Shown here: piece after piece, positions 1 through 12,873 of the stretch
Position numbering within the stretch: position 1 is the first letter of the stretch
Layout of the letters: every line of letters begins with the position of its first letter
Source of the DNA: Octopus bimaculoides
Lineage: Eukaryota
Direction of reading: 5' to 3'
Assembly: GCF_001194135.2 (NCBI RefSeq)
Contig: NC_068981.1
Location: 100,269,331-100,305,927, forward strand
DNA: 36,597 nt
Position numbers and translations under genes: made by a program
The notes under the pieces: generated by a model
What the model saw: only the letters and a program-made list of their open reading frames with translations
The model's database searches: none
What the model was told of the DNA's origin: nothing

Positions 1-264
1 ACACTTCCTTTGCTCTCACCCCGCCCTATATAGAGTAGCTCATTCAGATTCCCCTATCTCATATTTAATACCTCGTCAAACAGACAAGAATACCAGAAGA
101 TGTTCAGATAAAAGACTTTGTTTTCAACTAGCACACATCTAAATCTCTCATTTCAGTGCAGATCATAATTACCTTCTTACCTCATTTCATTATTCTATCC
201 ATTTCATTATCTATGTAAACACAGTTTCGTCTCAATCCAACTCTTTCACGCTCATTTATTATTG

Positions 265-716
265 ATGACTACTGACCGAGACCTTTGGAAATGTGCTGTG
301 CGTGAGAAGACCCGGCAAGCCAAGTGAGATCGTTGCCAGGGCCCCTGGACTGGCTCTTGTGCGGGTGGCACATAAGATGTACCATCCTGAGCGTGACCAT
401 TGCCAGTACCGCCTGACTGGCCTTGTAGGGTTTTCGAGCGAGATCGTTGCCAGTGCCCCTGGACTGGCTCTTGTGCGGGTGGCACATAAAAGACACCATT
501 TCGAGCGTGGCCGTTTTCGTGCAGGTGACACGTAAAAGCACCCACTACACTCTCTGAGTGGTTGGCGTTAGGAAGGGCATCCAGCTGTAGAAACTCTGCC
601 AAATTAGATTGGAGCCTGGTGTTGCCATCCGGTTTCACCAGTCCTCAGTCAAATCGTCCAACCCATGCTAGCATGGAAAGCGGACGTTAAACGATGATGA
701 TGATGATGATGATGAT
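265..716 (+). mobile_element. 5'-truncated RTE-clade LINE: last ~20 codons of ORF2, 3'UTR with internal tandem duplication, (GAT)n tail
   Basis: 265-327 reads MTTDRDLWKCAVREKTRQAK*, resembling the DRxxWR C-terminus of RTE ORF2. It is followed by a GC-rich UTR with a 114-bp-period duplication (326-400 vs 440-512) and ends aacccatgctagcatggaaagcggacgttaaac(gat)8. The same 3' end recurs several times in the window. Confidence 0.8.
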
Positions 717-848
717 ACACACACAACAGATTTCTTTCAGTTTTTGTCTACCAAATCCACTCACAAGGCTTTGGTCGGCCAAGGTGCTACACAGTGGAAC
801 TGAACCTGGGACCATGTGGTTGGGAATCAAGCTTATTACCACACAGCC
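717..848 (-). mobile_element. tRNA-derived SINE head (internally deleted) with (CA)n
   Basis: Reverse complement ggctgtgtggtaataagc...ggttcagttccac...gccttgtgagtggatttggtagac matches the SINE head at 22959, 24666 and 12874, with A-box- and B-box-like motifs. Confidence 0.8.
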
Positions 849-857
849 TGGTGCTGC

Positions 858-1012
858 TTTGTTTATGTCTCCATAACATAACAGTTCAGCAAAAGACACT
901 GATAGAATAAGTATCAGACTTTAAAAAGGAAAATACTGGGGTCAATTTGTTCTACTAAACCCTTCAATGTGGTACCCCAGCATAGCCACAGTCCATATAA
1001 AAGATAAAAGGT
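858..1012 (+). mobile_element. SINE tail module (gatagaataagta...ccagcat...aaaagataaaag)
   Basis: Similar to the tails at 13250-13420, 24940-25127 and 30250-30416. Confidence 0.7.
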
Positions 1013-1270
1013 ATGATGAAAACTATTACTATAACTGGGTGTTGTTGCTAAGTCTGCTTAAGCAATAATCCATTCCACCCACAACAGGTTGTATATACTT
1101 CATTTCTAGTTGGAAGTGGTTCTTTAACAGATGCTTGCTCTCATGTCTACATTTCAATACTATCTTTTGACATATGGGGAGTATTTCCTACATCGTCTTC
1201 TACCAAAACCCTATAGGTGGTTTGCCTTCATCACCTAAATTCAATGACTAACTGGAGCCAGTAAAAGAAT

Positions 1271-1395
1271 TAAAGATGCCGACTGGCGCTCTGCCGGCTT
1301 TCGCTTCGATGACCCGGCGGGGAGCCTGCACGGGAAACCATAGTCAGTTCCGGGGAGAGTATGGTTGCAAAACAGAAACTTAAAGGAATTGATGG
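1271..1395 (+). pseudogene. 18S rRNA: 18S (SSU) rRNA gene fragment, dispersed pseudogenic copy
   Basis: gatgccgactggcg...gggaaaccatagtc(a)gttccggggagagtatggttgcaaaacagaaacttaaaggaattgatgg matches the universally conserved SSU segment GGGAAACC.AAGTCTTTGGGTTCCGGGGGGAGTATGGTTGCAAAGCTGAAACTTAAAGGAATTGACGG. It carries a small deletion and substitutions, and no other rDNA lies nearby. Confidence 0.9.
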
Positions 1396-1454
1396 TAAAC
1401 GATAAAATTGATTTCTGGAATAAATATAGAAATGTCTTGTTGATCATTAGTGTC

Positions 1455-1620
1455 CTTCAACTTGCTAGAAATAGCAACCAAATCTCACTTAAACCACATA
1501 GGAAAGGATAGACTAGCTGATGTAGGTACATAATACCTGAAAAGAACGTATGGTGGCAGCAGCTAGAATGACTTTCCATAGGTTAGCTCAATCAGACATG
1601 AGCTGAGGCTAAATAACTTA
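1455..1620 (+). repeat. Unclassified interspersed repeat (also ~15430-15525 +, ~16740-16887 -, ~17262-17400 +)
   Basis: Motif ttgctagaaatagcaaccaaatc (1462-1484) recurs as a reverse complement at 16865-16887 and degenerately at 17262-17284. A ctaaa(c/t)aac tail is present here and near 15510. Confidence 0.5.
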
Positions 1621-2183
1621 CTTTAGACCCCATCACTAAGATTAAGCTTACATTTTAGTGTTAAAAATACAGTAGGTAGGATTCAAAGACCTGGTGCATG
1701 GAAATATTTGCAGCAGTGATCTCATTACAAATTAATTTACTTCACACAAAATTTACCCCTCCGGTTTTGTGAGTGACAGCAGGTGTCATCAAGTTTTTCT
1801 TCTTTTTTTTTTTTCCATCTTATCAGCTGCTGCCAGACTTCCTCAAACTGTCCATTGTGATTTATTCATAGAAACTTTTAATTTACTTCACAAGTGGATA
1901 AACAATTGAATTTATAACTGAAGGTGAATAAACACCTACACATTTGCTCACCTATCAGTGTTCACATCCATACATCATACTTCTAATAAGGAAATATAAT
2001 AACTACTCATTAAATAAGTGAGTTGTCTGCAAGAAGCTAATAATCCATTATAAGGAAAATGTATAAAATAAACAACATTAGGTTGGAAGACAAGGTTTAA
2101 AGATTTTTACTTTCAAAAATTTGTTTGATTAACCATATTTTCTGGTAATTGTTTCTTATGTGAAAAAAAAGAACATAATAGAG

Positions 2184-2533
2184 CAGTGATTCTCATTCAG
2201 GGTCTATATGGGCCCTAAGGGTCCATATAAGATTTTTGGAGGTCCATGCAACAAAATAGTAAATTGGGAATCCACAATAGTATTTTAAGGGCCCCTGAAA
2301 AAATTTAGCTTCAGATGTATGTATTGGTATGTATTGCAAGAAACAGCTGGGTTTCTTTCTCTAACATTTTACATAGTTCAACCTACACAAGGTAATGTGT
2401 GAAAAACAAAATAGGAATTTTGAAAGTTTCTATAAAACTAGTTTGTAAACATTGAATGGCTATGGGAGTCCATCAGAATAAAATAGTAATCAAAAGGGTT
2501 TGTAGATTTTTAAAAAATGGTTGAGAACCCCTG
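2184..2533. mobile_element. Non-autonomous hAT (Charlie-like) MITE, 350 bp
   Basis: Imperfect TIRs cagtgattctca / tgagaacccctg (CAG-terminal, Charlie type). Flanking 8-mers taatagag (2176-2183) and ctatagag (2534-2541) match at 6/8 and fit the Charlie nTnTAGAn-type target. Confidence 0.75.
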
Positions 2534-2639
2534 CTATAGAGAGAAAACAGAACAACACTTTTGACATATTTCTCTTGGAACACACTGCCCTTCTTTCAAT
2601 TAATTTTGAATTTCCAAAATTAAATTATCGCTATTTTCA

Positions 2640-3107
2640 ATTTGGTTTATGTGCCCATCCTCAACTGTGGTCATCAATATTGGGTAATGACTGAAAGTGT
2701 ATGATCACAAATACAAGGAACTGAAATAAGGTTCTTCCAAAGGAAGTAATGTCACTTGATAGGGTACATAGCTCAGAGATCAGGGAGTCTTTCCGGGTCA
2801 AGCTGCTGTTTCTCTGTATTGAGAGGTCATAGCATTGGTGCTATGGACATACAATTGGAATATCACAAAAAAAGAATTGCAAGATGGGTTCTTCAAACTG
2901 AGCCAACCAGCAGGTGGCCTAGAAGTAGACCAAGGATGAAATAATTGAATAATATCCATAGCCTTAGTTGATCACACTTGGAAACCCAATTGGAAATTCT
3001 AATAATGGTTGCTTCTGATAAGAACCTTGGAAGAAGTGCTTGAGGACTCTACCCCCTCCCCTCCATGATCTTCTGGGGAATAGTGGATACAGAAGATGGA
3101 TGGATAG
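2640..3107 (+). mobile_element. Degenerate 3' end of an RTE-clade (Expander/Rex3-like) LINE, copy A
   Basis: With frameshifts it reads VPILNCGHQYWVMTESV*SQIQGTEIRFFQR..SLDRVHSSEIRESFRVKLLFLCIERS*HWCYGH..RIARWVLQTEPTSRWPRSRPRMK*LNNIHSLS. This is the typical RTE C-terminal LRWYGHV..R..RGRPR region, and it ends in a gatggatgg tail. Confidence 0.75.
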
Positions 3108-3156
3108 GTGTTGCCATTATGATGGTGTTTGGAACATAATTTAACATGAAATTTTA

Positions 3157-3431
3157 GGTCACAGTTTTGGTGCAATGGACATGCAATTAGAATATCACAG
3201 GAAAGAATCACAAGATGAATTCTTCAAGCCAAACCAACCAGCAGGAGACCAAGGGGTAGATCAAGGATGAGATGGTTAGATAATATTCATAGCCTTAGTC
3301 GGTCACACTTGGAAATCCAGCTGGAAAGTCTAATGATGGTTGCTTCTGACCGGACCCTTAGAGGAAGTGCCTGAAGAGTATACCCCATATGACCCACTGA
3401 GGAATAGCAGATGAAGAAGATAGATGGATGA
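3157..3431 (+). mobile_element. Second, shorter 3' fragment of the same RTE family, copy B, flanked by 48-bp direct repeats
   Basis: Aligns to 2825-3107 at roughly 80% by eye. Flanks 3108-3155 and 3432-3479 match at 44/48. Confidence 0.75.
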
Positions 3432-3714
3432 GTATTGTCATTATGATGGGGTTTGGAACATAATTTAACCTGAAATTTTGATGGAAGGTTTAATTTAGAT
3501 CACTTTAAAACAGAAAGTTCATATCACTGAAGCAGGGGTGATCTCAGGCAGACTGGTATCAAAATGGTTAAAGGAATATAGCTCTGAAATATTCATTGGA
3601 AATATCTGTGGAATACTTCATGCAAGTTGTTTTCACATGCTTTTAGTTTCACTTTGTTTTTGCTATGGTCTTCTGTCTTATTCGTGTTTTTTGCTTTCTT
3701 TTGTTGTTTGTTTA

Positions 3715-3800
3715 CTGGTTTCAGTCACTGGATTGAGGGCCATGCTAGGGTACTGCTTTCAAGGGTTTTAGTTGTTTAGTACTTATTTCAATCTAGTAAT
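3715..3800 (-). mobile_element. SINE tail remnant
   Basis: tttcagtcactggattgagggccatgctagggtactgctttcaagg is the reverse complement of the recurrent SINE tail. Confidence 0.5.
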
Positions 3801-4264
3801 TAATCCTTTGCCTGTCCAAAGCATCATCATAAGTTTGTTCTAAACATCCATGCTTGTTTTCAGATTTCTTGTTAGTCCTTGTTTCACGAGGTCTGAGTAA
3901 TATAAAGCTTCTCCTTTCATAAGTCGCAAGTTACTTTGGTGGTTGAGAAAAATTGTCAATGTGTACCATATATGGTGCATGAATGCCAGGTAAATATGTT
4001 TTGTTGTATATCACATGTGATACATGGACAGACAAAGGGTTGATTAGTTTACCAATCTTTATTTGTTAAGCCATAAAATTGGAGGTCATAAAGGGATGCA
4101 GTGTAAAAGTAGACTAGTGTAAACATAAACATACACTTATGAAAGCAGGCAGATAGATAGGTATGTTGGCAGATAGATTATTAGTGGGGGAGGGAGACAC
4201 AATTTTGCAGAATTTTGCACAATTTCCAACTACCAATTTCCATTCACAAGGTATTAATAAATGC

Positions 4265-4362
4265 AAGGTTTATAGGAGAAGATAGCTATTTAATGTGCCA
4301 CATAACAGGATCAAACACAGACCTACATGGCTGTGAAATGAACTTCTTAGCCACATAGTCGT
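4265..4362 (-). mobile_element. Old, degenerate SINE head remnant
   Basis: ggatcaaacacagacctacatggctgtgaaatgaacttcttagccacatag loosely matches the reverse complement of the SINE head. Confidence 0.4.
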
Positions 4363-5154
4363 GTCTTCACTGATATATTGACTTATTTAATATATCCGTT
4401 ATTGCTTTGTTTCTTCTATAACAATATATATAATGTTGCTTCATATTTTGTTTGATTGTGTCAAGACATAAAAAACCAATTTGTTGGTGAATAGTCACAC
4501 ATAGTAAAACATTTTAAGCTATATATACTCTATTTAATCTCATTCAATATTCTTAGATAAAATTCAGCCAGGATGACGTAATCCATCATGTCTCTGGGGA
4601 CAAAAGTATAAGTATAAGTCATAAGTCATATACATAGTGAGTTAATTGGCTTGATTAAATCTGTACAATGCAAAAATTTGCTTTCTACCTTTCAAAAGGT
4701 TAAAGCATGAACATGTCTGAAATAGATCATTAGATTAAATACATTACAGTAGTTTTGACTTTCTTGATATTTTTAATTCAAATACATCAGCCACCAGAAC
4801 CCTGGAGTTATTTAGAGTAAATGAATAGTGTATTTTTCCTTAAAAGGACTAAAGTGAATTGTTGTTAAGGGTTTGTAATAGATTTGGAATACAAATAAAT
4901 GAAATAACCTGGTTAATAAAACAACATTAATTGTTTGTTAAAGTAATCCAAGTAAGAATTGGGAAATAGTGGTTAATCGTATCTGCATTTGTTGAATTTG
5001 CTGAGAAGTTGACACTGGAGAACTTAATGTTGATACTAATTCTGGTTTAATATTTAGTGAATAAGAGAATGTGTTACTTCAGATAATACTCTCATAAAAA
5101 GTCAAAATTATATATCGTGCCAAAATTAAATACAGTAAAAATAGGTAAAAATAA

Positions 5155-5365
5155 TGTTTCAAATTTTGGCACCAAGTCAGCAATTTTAGGTGAAAGGAGT
5201 TAATCGGTTACATCAACCCCAATACTTCAACAAATGCTTAGTTTATTTTAGTTTATCCAAAAGGATAAACAGTAGAGATGACCATGGTGGAATTTGAACT
5301 CAGAAGGTAAAGATCTAGAAGAAATGCTGCTCAACATTTTATCCATGCTAATGATTCTACAAGCT
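5155..5365 (-). mobile_element. tRNA-derived SINE of a second family (Meta-SINE-like central domain, tentative)
   Basis: The minus strand has a B-box gagttcaaattcc followed by a degenerate atcctttt..ggataaa...agta domain. Related remnants lie at ~13455-13570 and 29455-29560 (+). Confidence 0.55.
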
Positions 5366-6549
5366 TACAATGGATGATAACATAAATTTGTTTCATAGGC
5401 ACAATGCTTGAAATTTGTAAGGAGATTATAGGAAGCACATGCTTGCATTAAGGATGTTAATTATTGTAAGTTAAGTGAAATATTTACACCAAAGAATCAA
5501 AAGCTGGTTTGTGAACCAGGTTTTCATGGAAATTACAATTTTCCATATGCTGTTTGGGAGAAAAAGTCAAAAGCAATCAGAAAAGTGAAAGAATAAAGAA
5601 AAGTGGAAAGTAGAAAGAAAAAAGAAAAGGAGGAAGCAAAGTGAAGTAGATAAAAAAGACATGGGAATAAGAAGGAATGTATTGTTAGCTCTTCCTTTCA
5701 TGAGAAAAAAAAATGAAATAACCAGGAAGCATTTTGAGGGGATTATTGGAAAGGGATTGTGGAACAGTGAAGCACACTTTGTTTCAGCTAATTGCAGTAA
5801 GTGACTGCATTTTGACAACTTGAACACATGCAATTCAAGTAATTTATATAAAACACAGCAGCATCACACAATATAAAAACTATTTCTGAAAGGTATCAAT
5901 GGAGAGATTTACATGTAAACCAACGGAAATTAGAATAAACTACAGAAAAATATTGTTTTAAATGTCATTCACTTCACAACGACAGAACTATTCTTTTGTT
6001 AAATAATTGCTTTCCCACTACTATCACTCCCTAATCGTTCATATTTTACTCTCTCTTATTCTATCAACTCATGAGGAATTTTAAGACAAAACCAATTGTA
6101 ACAAAATGTGAATTCAGCCACTTGAAATTCTGAATATGATATATGTATTGGACTTGAAATTATGTTATTTTAAATGGTAACCAGTACTCCAATGCTTTGA
6201 AATCATGTTTAAAATGCATAGATTATATATTTAAGCTTAAATAAAAAAAACAAAAATAAAACTAATCGTTTGCAGATTTTGATCTTGGCAAGCTGGGTTG
6301 TCCTACTGAAAAGAATCATACTTAAGTATAAATTGACAAAATATCAAAACTGTGTTTATGGAAGAAAACAAATGGTGAACAGTAGAGAAAAGGGTTGTGC
6401 AGAGACAGAAATGAAGTTTCACTGGATGTCATCAATAAAATTTCAGGTTGATGTATTGAGTGGGCATTTTATCTCAGCACAATTGGCATCTATAAACTCA
6501 TTTCTCATCTTAGAGTTGTTTTCTTGACATTCAGCTGCTTTAATTATCA

Positions 6550-6871
6550 ATCTTTCCCTCGATACTTCACACACACATACACACACACACTTGCACAGTC
6601 CCTTCCTTTCTCTCTCTCTCGATTAATGTTCTTCTCTCTCTTCTTCCCCACCTTTCTCTTTCAATCTCTCTCCTTCATTTCTCTCCTTTCTCTACTATAT
6701 CTCTCTTCTTCTCTCTTCCTCTCTCTCTCACTCTCTCTCTCTCTCTCTCCAACTCATTCAATCTCTTTCATTCTTTTCCTTTCTTTTCTCATATTTTCTC
6801 TCTATCCCTCATCTTTTCTCTTTTCTTCTTTCTCTTTAACTCTCTCTGCATATAAACCTTTCTTTGGTGTA

Positions 6872-6929
<58 letters not shown>

Positions 6930-7030
6930 CATACATACGAAATATATACCACACTCTGTATTTCTACCTTTCTATTTCTGATTCTTTCTCCATCTCTCTC
7001 TCTCTCTCTCTATGTCTTTCTTTAACTTTC
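6550..7030. repeat. CT-rich low-complexity tract with (CT)n and (GT)n microsatellites
   Basis: Visible directly; (GT)n at ~6880-6927. Explains the spurious 221-aa ORF 6524-7189. Confidence 0.95.
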
Positions 7031-7341
7031 TGTCTGATTTTCTTATACTTTCTCAACGCATCCACCACCCATTCCCATTCACACATTTATGTATATACAA
7101 AACACATTAATAATTCTGCCGCATCAATCTCACTCACCATCTCTCAGAAGGGACTCCAAAGGTCACCAGCAATTCCCCTCCTCCTCTGAGAAGAACTTAT
7201 AAATAGAAATCTATTGTTTTCATCATTTAGTCAGCTTCTAACCCATATATTGTGCAGTGTAGTTAATGTTCAACCTTAGCTTAGTGTTTTCCCAAGGAGG
7301 AAACAGTTAACTCCAACCATTAACTGATGTGATTCTCTCAC

Positions 7342-7343
<2 letters not shown>

Positions 7344-7386
<43 letters not shown>

Positions 7387-7486
7387 TTCTCTCTCTCCTG
7401 CCTGCCCACGCATGTGCATATATTTACATACATCCATACATAAATAAATAAATAAATAAATACAAACATACATACATACATACATA
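7344..7486. repeat. (TCTA)n and (TAAA)n/(TACA)n microsatellites
   Basis: Visible directly. Confidence 0.95.
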
Positions 7487-7833
7487 GTTTTGTAAAGAAA
7501 TTTACTTTCATATACACTTGTATTTATAATAACCCCAGGTCATCTCTGATCAAGAAAATAATACCTAATTCATCAATTTTTAACCTTTCAGTGACCTTAT
7601 TTCCTTCAGATATTGAGCATGTTGAATATAAGCACGCTGAATATGTGTTTCAACTAAGTTTGAAAAAAACAAAAATACATAGTTTACTTTTATTTCATAT
7701 TAGATAATTAACTTTCTCATGGACATGGAATGTTGTTGACAAGACTCAAAAGGGCTGAAACAAGTCTGGCATTCTTGGAGAAAGTCAGACCTGATGTTAG
7801 GATGTTCCTTTTGCTCTGATATATGTTGTGCCT

Positions 7834-9984
<2,151 letters not shown>

Positions 9985-10131
9985 TACATAGGAAGGTATT
10001 GAAATTGTGATGATTTTGGGTCAATATCTGATACAGGGTCCAACAGATCTACATCCATTGTGTGTCATTTCCCTGTTTTCTCAGTTACTTTGTCATCCTC
10101 CTGTGCCATATTTTATTTAAATATATATATA

Positions 10132-10330
10132 TGAAGGTATGTAAGCTAATGGTCAGAATGTTGCACTCAAAATCTCTAGATCATGGGTTCAATTCATAAA
10201 CTGGGTGGCACATTGTGTTCTTGAGCAAAACATTTCATTTCTTGGTGCTCTACAATCATTTTAACGTCTAAAATGCAGCACAGTCATGTATCTGTACAGG
10301 CAATAATTAATGATCTCACATCATATACCA
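10132..10330 (+). mobile_element. Degenerate tRNA-derived SINE
   Basis: gctaatggtcagaatg...gggttcaattc (A/B-box-like) followed by ttgtgttcttgagcaaaacatt, a motif shared with the SINE at 12482-12797. Confidence 0.55.
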
Positions 10331-10539
10331 ATATGGTATTTATCTCCACAGTATTCCAGTAATGTTCATCATCACGATCATCATCATTATCATCATTAGC
10401 TTGGGTCACCTCAAGGCTACTGACAGTAAAAGTAACCAGTGGGATCAAACAATTATCCTCTTACTGGTGAGTGAACTTCTAAACCATTCAGTTATACATG
10501 CAACCATGGATGCACACACACAGCGATACATAGAAGAGG

Positions 10540-10625
10540 AGAGGAGGAGGTGATTGATGATGATAGTAGTGATGCTTGCAACAGCAGCTGTAGTAGTGGT
10601 GGTGGTGGTGGCAGTGGTGGTGGTG

Positions 10626-10705
<80 letters not shown>
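10540..10705. repeat. Compound trinucleotide microsatellite (GAG/GAT/GTA/GTG/GCA/GTA)
   Basis: Visible directly; produces spurious poly-V, poly-A and poly-Y ORFs. Confidence 0.95.
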
Positions 10706-10871
10706 TAACAGTGTGTTGTCTGTTACTTTTTTCTAAAAGCAGGTGTATCACATGCAGGTCAGCAGCACTTATTTAATGGTGATAGAGATAATTAAACAGA
10801 AGTGAAATGAAATAATTAAATAAACACTTTCAAGAAACCAATAGAAGCCATTATCAACAAATACCCTTTGA

Positions 10872-11250
10872 TCATCATCATCATCATTTTGATGTCTGTC
10901 TTTCCTTACTTCCATGGGTCAGATTGAGTTTATTTGAAACAGATTTTCTATGGCTGAGTGCTTTTCCTATTGTTAACCTCCACCTGTTTCCAAACCAGGT
11001 AATGTTTCCCCGTGAGAAGACATGTTCTTGTAGAATATTGGAAATGAATGACACTGCTTGTCTGATAGTGACACTTATTTACAACTATCCCACAATGTCA
11101 AGACAGGGAGCCACAAACACACAAAAACACACACACACATACTCAGAGGCTGTTGTAGAAGACATTTGCTCAGGGTACCACACAGTGGAACTGTACTCAG
11201 AATCATGTGGTTGGGAAGGAAGTTTCTTACAACACAGCCATACCTGCACC
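10872..11250 (-). mobile_element. SINE: tRNA head + (CA)n + RTE-like tail ending (GAT)n
   Basis: Head at ~11130-11250; the tail 10872-11110 is the reverse complement of the module at 23750-23997. Confidence 0.7.
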
Positions 11251-11267
11251 AATATCTTTTATCTTTA

Positions 11268-11450
11268 TTTTTCTCACTCATTAGATTGCAGCCAAGGCAT
11301 CGCCTTGAAGAATTTTAGTCAAATGAATAGACCCCAGTACTTTTTTTAAGTCTGGTACTTATTCTATTGGTCTCTTTTGCTGAACCACTAAGTTACAAGA
11401 ATGTAAATACACCAACAGTTGTTAAGCAGTGGTGGGGGACAAACACAAAG

Positions 11451-11482
<32 letters not shown>

Positions 11483-11650
11483 GTAAATATATATGACAGG
11501 CTTCTTTCAGTTTCCATCTATCAAATCCACTCACAAGGCTTTGGTTGGCCCAAGGCTAAAGTAGAAGACATTTGTTGAAGGCTCCATGCAGTGGGACTGA
11601 ACCTGGAACCATGCAGTTGGAAAGCAAACTTCTTGCTACACAGCCACATG
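11268..11650 (-). mobile_element. Composite SINE: tRNA head + (CA/TA)n + aagtaaaaga-type tail
   Basis: Same head-microsatellite-tail order as 24666-25127, on the opposite strand. Confidence 0.8.
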
Positions 11651-11954
11651 TTTATTTCAGAGATATGCTTGTCTGGTAAGTGATTTGATCATAGACAGTT
11701 TGTTGAGACTAAAACAACTGCAGCATGGAAGACATTTGTTAGCCATTCAAAAACACACCAAAATCTGTTAACTTCACTTAAACATTATTTAATGTCAAAA
11801 TTTTCATCACACCGACTGTGACCTGGTCACTGCCATGGTTCCACTACAACACGTTTGTTCTTCATTATTCTTCTAAAGTTTAAATCAGGATGCTAGGATG
11901 CTTAATTTTAGATGAGTGATGCCACTTTGAAAACTATTGGTGCAACTGCATATT

Positions 11955-12222
11955 CTTTTAATTACAGCCATGGTGGGACACCACTTTGAAGAATTTTAGT
12001 CGAATGATTTGACCCCAGTACTTTTTATTTTTTAAGCATAGAACTTATTCTATTGGTCTCTTTTGCCAAACCACTCCTTTCTGCTTCCATCTACCAAATT
12101 CACTTATAAGGCTTTGGTTGGTCCAAGGCTATAGTAAAAGACACTTGCTCAGATTGCAACATAGTGGAACAGAACCTGGAACCATGTGGTTGGGAAGCAA
12201 GCTTCTTACCACACAGCCACTC
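11955..12222 (-). mobile_element. Composite SINE with the internal microsatellite region deleted
   Basis: Tail part 11955-12075 is directly joined to head part 12080-12222. Confidence 0.7.
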
Positions 12223-12481
12223 CTGCATTTATATTACAGTTTAATTTATGGTAGTAGCACCTTCTATATTGTCGCCCAGATCATGACTATCATATCACCA
12301 GGCCCTAACCAACCCTATTGTACACATCCTCTTCAACTTCTTCCCCTCCTGCTCCTCATCATCAAAATATCACTACTACCATCACTGCATCATCATCCTT
12401 ATCACCACTACCACCACTGCTTTCACCACTACCATACCTCCATCACCAGCAACATTTAGATCATCATTGAAATAAATCATT

Positions 12482-12797
12482 AAAAAGAACCCCTTTGGTC
12501 ATGAATGACCATAGGATTGCACCTAGAAAGTTCCCCTCTGAGGAACAAGTCTGGACAAGGTTGTTTATGGAAGATCAGCACTCACCCATTCATACCAGTC
12601 TCCCCTCTACATGCCACCAATGTTATCCAAAAGAAAGGCAAAGGCCGATACAGCCTTAGTACCAATGACATCACAACTCATTTCTACAGCTGAGTAAACT
12701 GGAGCAACATGAACTAAAATGTCTTGCTCAAGAACACAACACACAACCCAGTCCAGGAATTGTGAGTCTGATGCCCTAACCACTGAGCCATGCACTT
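12482..12797 (-). mobile_element. Full-length tRNA-derived SINE with 18-bp TSD
   Basis: The minus strand begins gtgcatggctcagtggttagggcatc (A-box). The identical 18-mer tcattgaaataaatcatt lies at 12464-12481 and 12798-12815. Confidence 0.9.
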
Positions 12798-12873
12798 TCA
12801 TTGAAATAAATCATTGAAATAGATCTTTATTATTATTATTATTATTATAAATATCATTATTATCAATATCATA

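Noticed and set aside
252-638. Overlapping ORFs with an internal peptide repeat (YVPPAQEPVQG x2)
   Set aside because: They arise from the duplicated module in the RTE 3'UTR, antisense or out of frame.
1829-1925. Strong polypyrimidine tract and acceptor (ttatcag) with a short open frame
   Set aside because: No convincing donor, the peptide is not recognisable, and poly-T runs are common here.
3865-3989. Candidate exon (ttttcag|...CCAG|gtaaat)
   Set aside because: All three frames contain stops and there is no supporting evidence.
4558-4615. Possible micro-exon IKFSQDDVIHHVSGDK
   Set aside because: Only weak donor sites (gtataa/gtcata) and no recognisable homology.
6524-7189. 221-aa hydrophobic ORF
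   Set aside because: It is a translation of CT/GT microsatellites and has no real start codon or domain.
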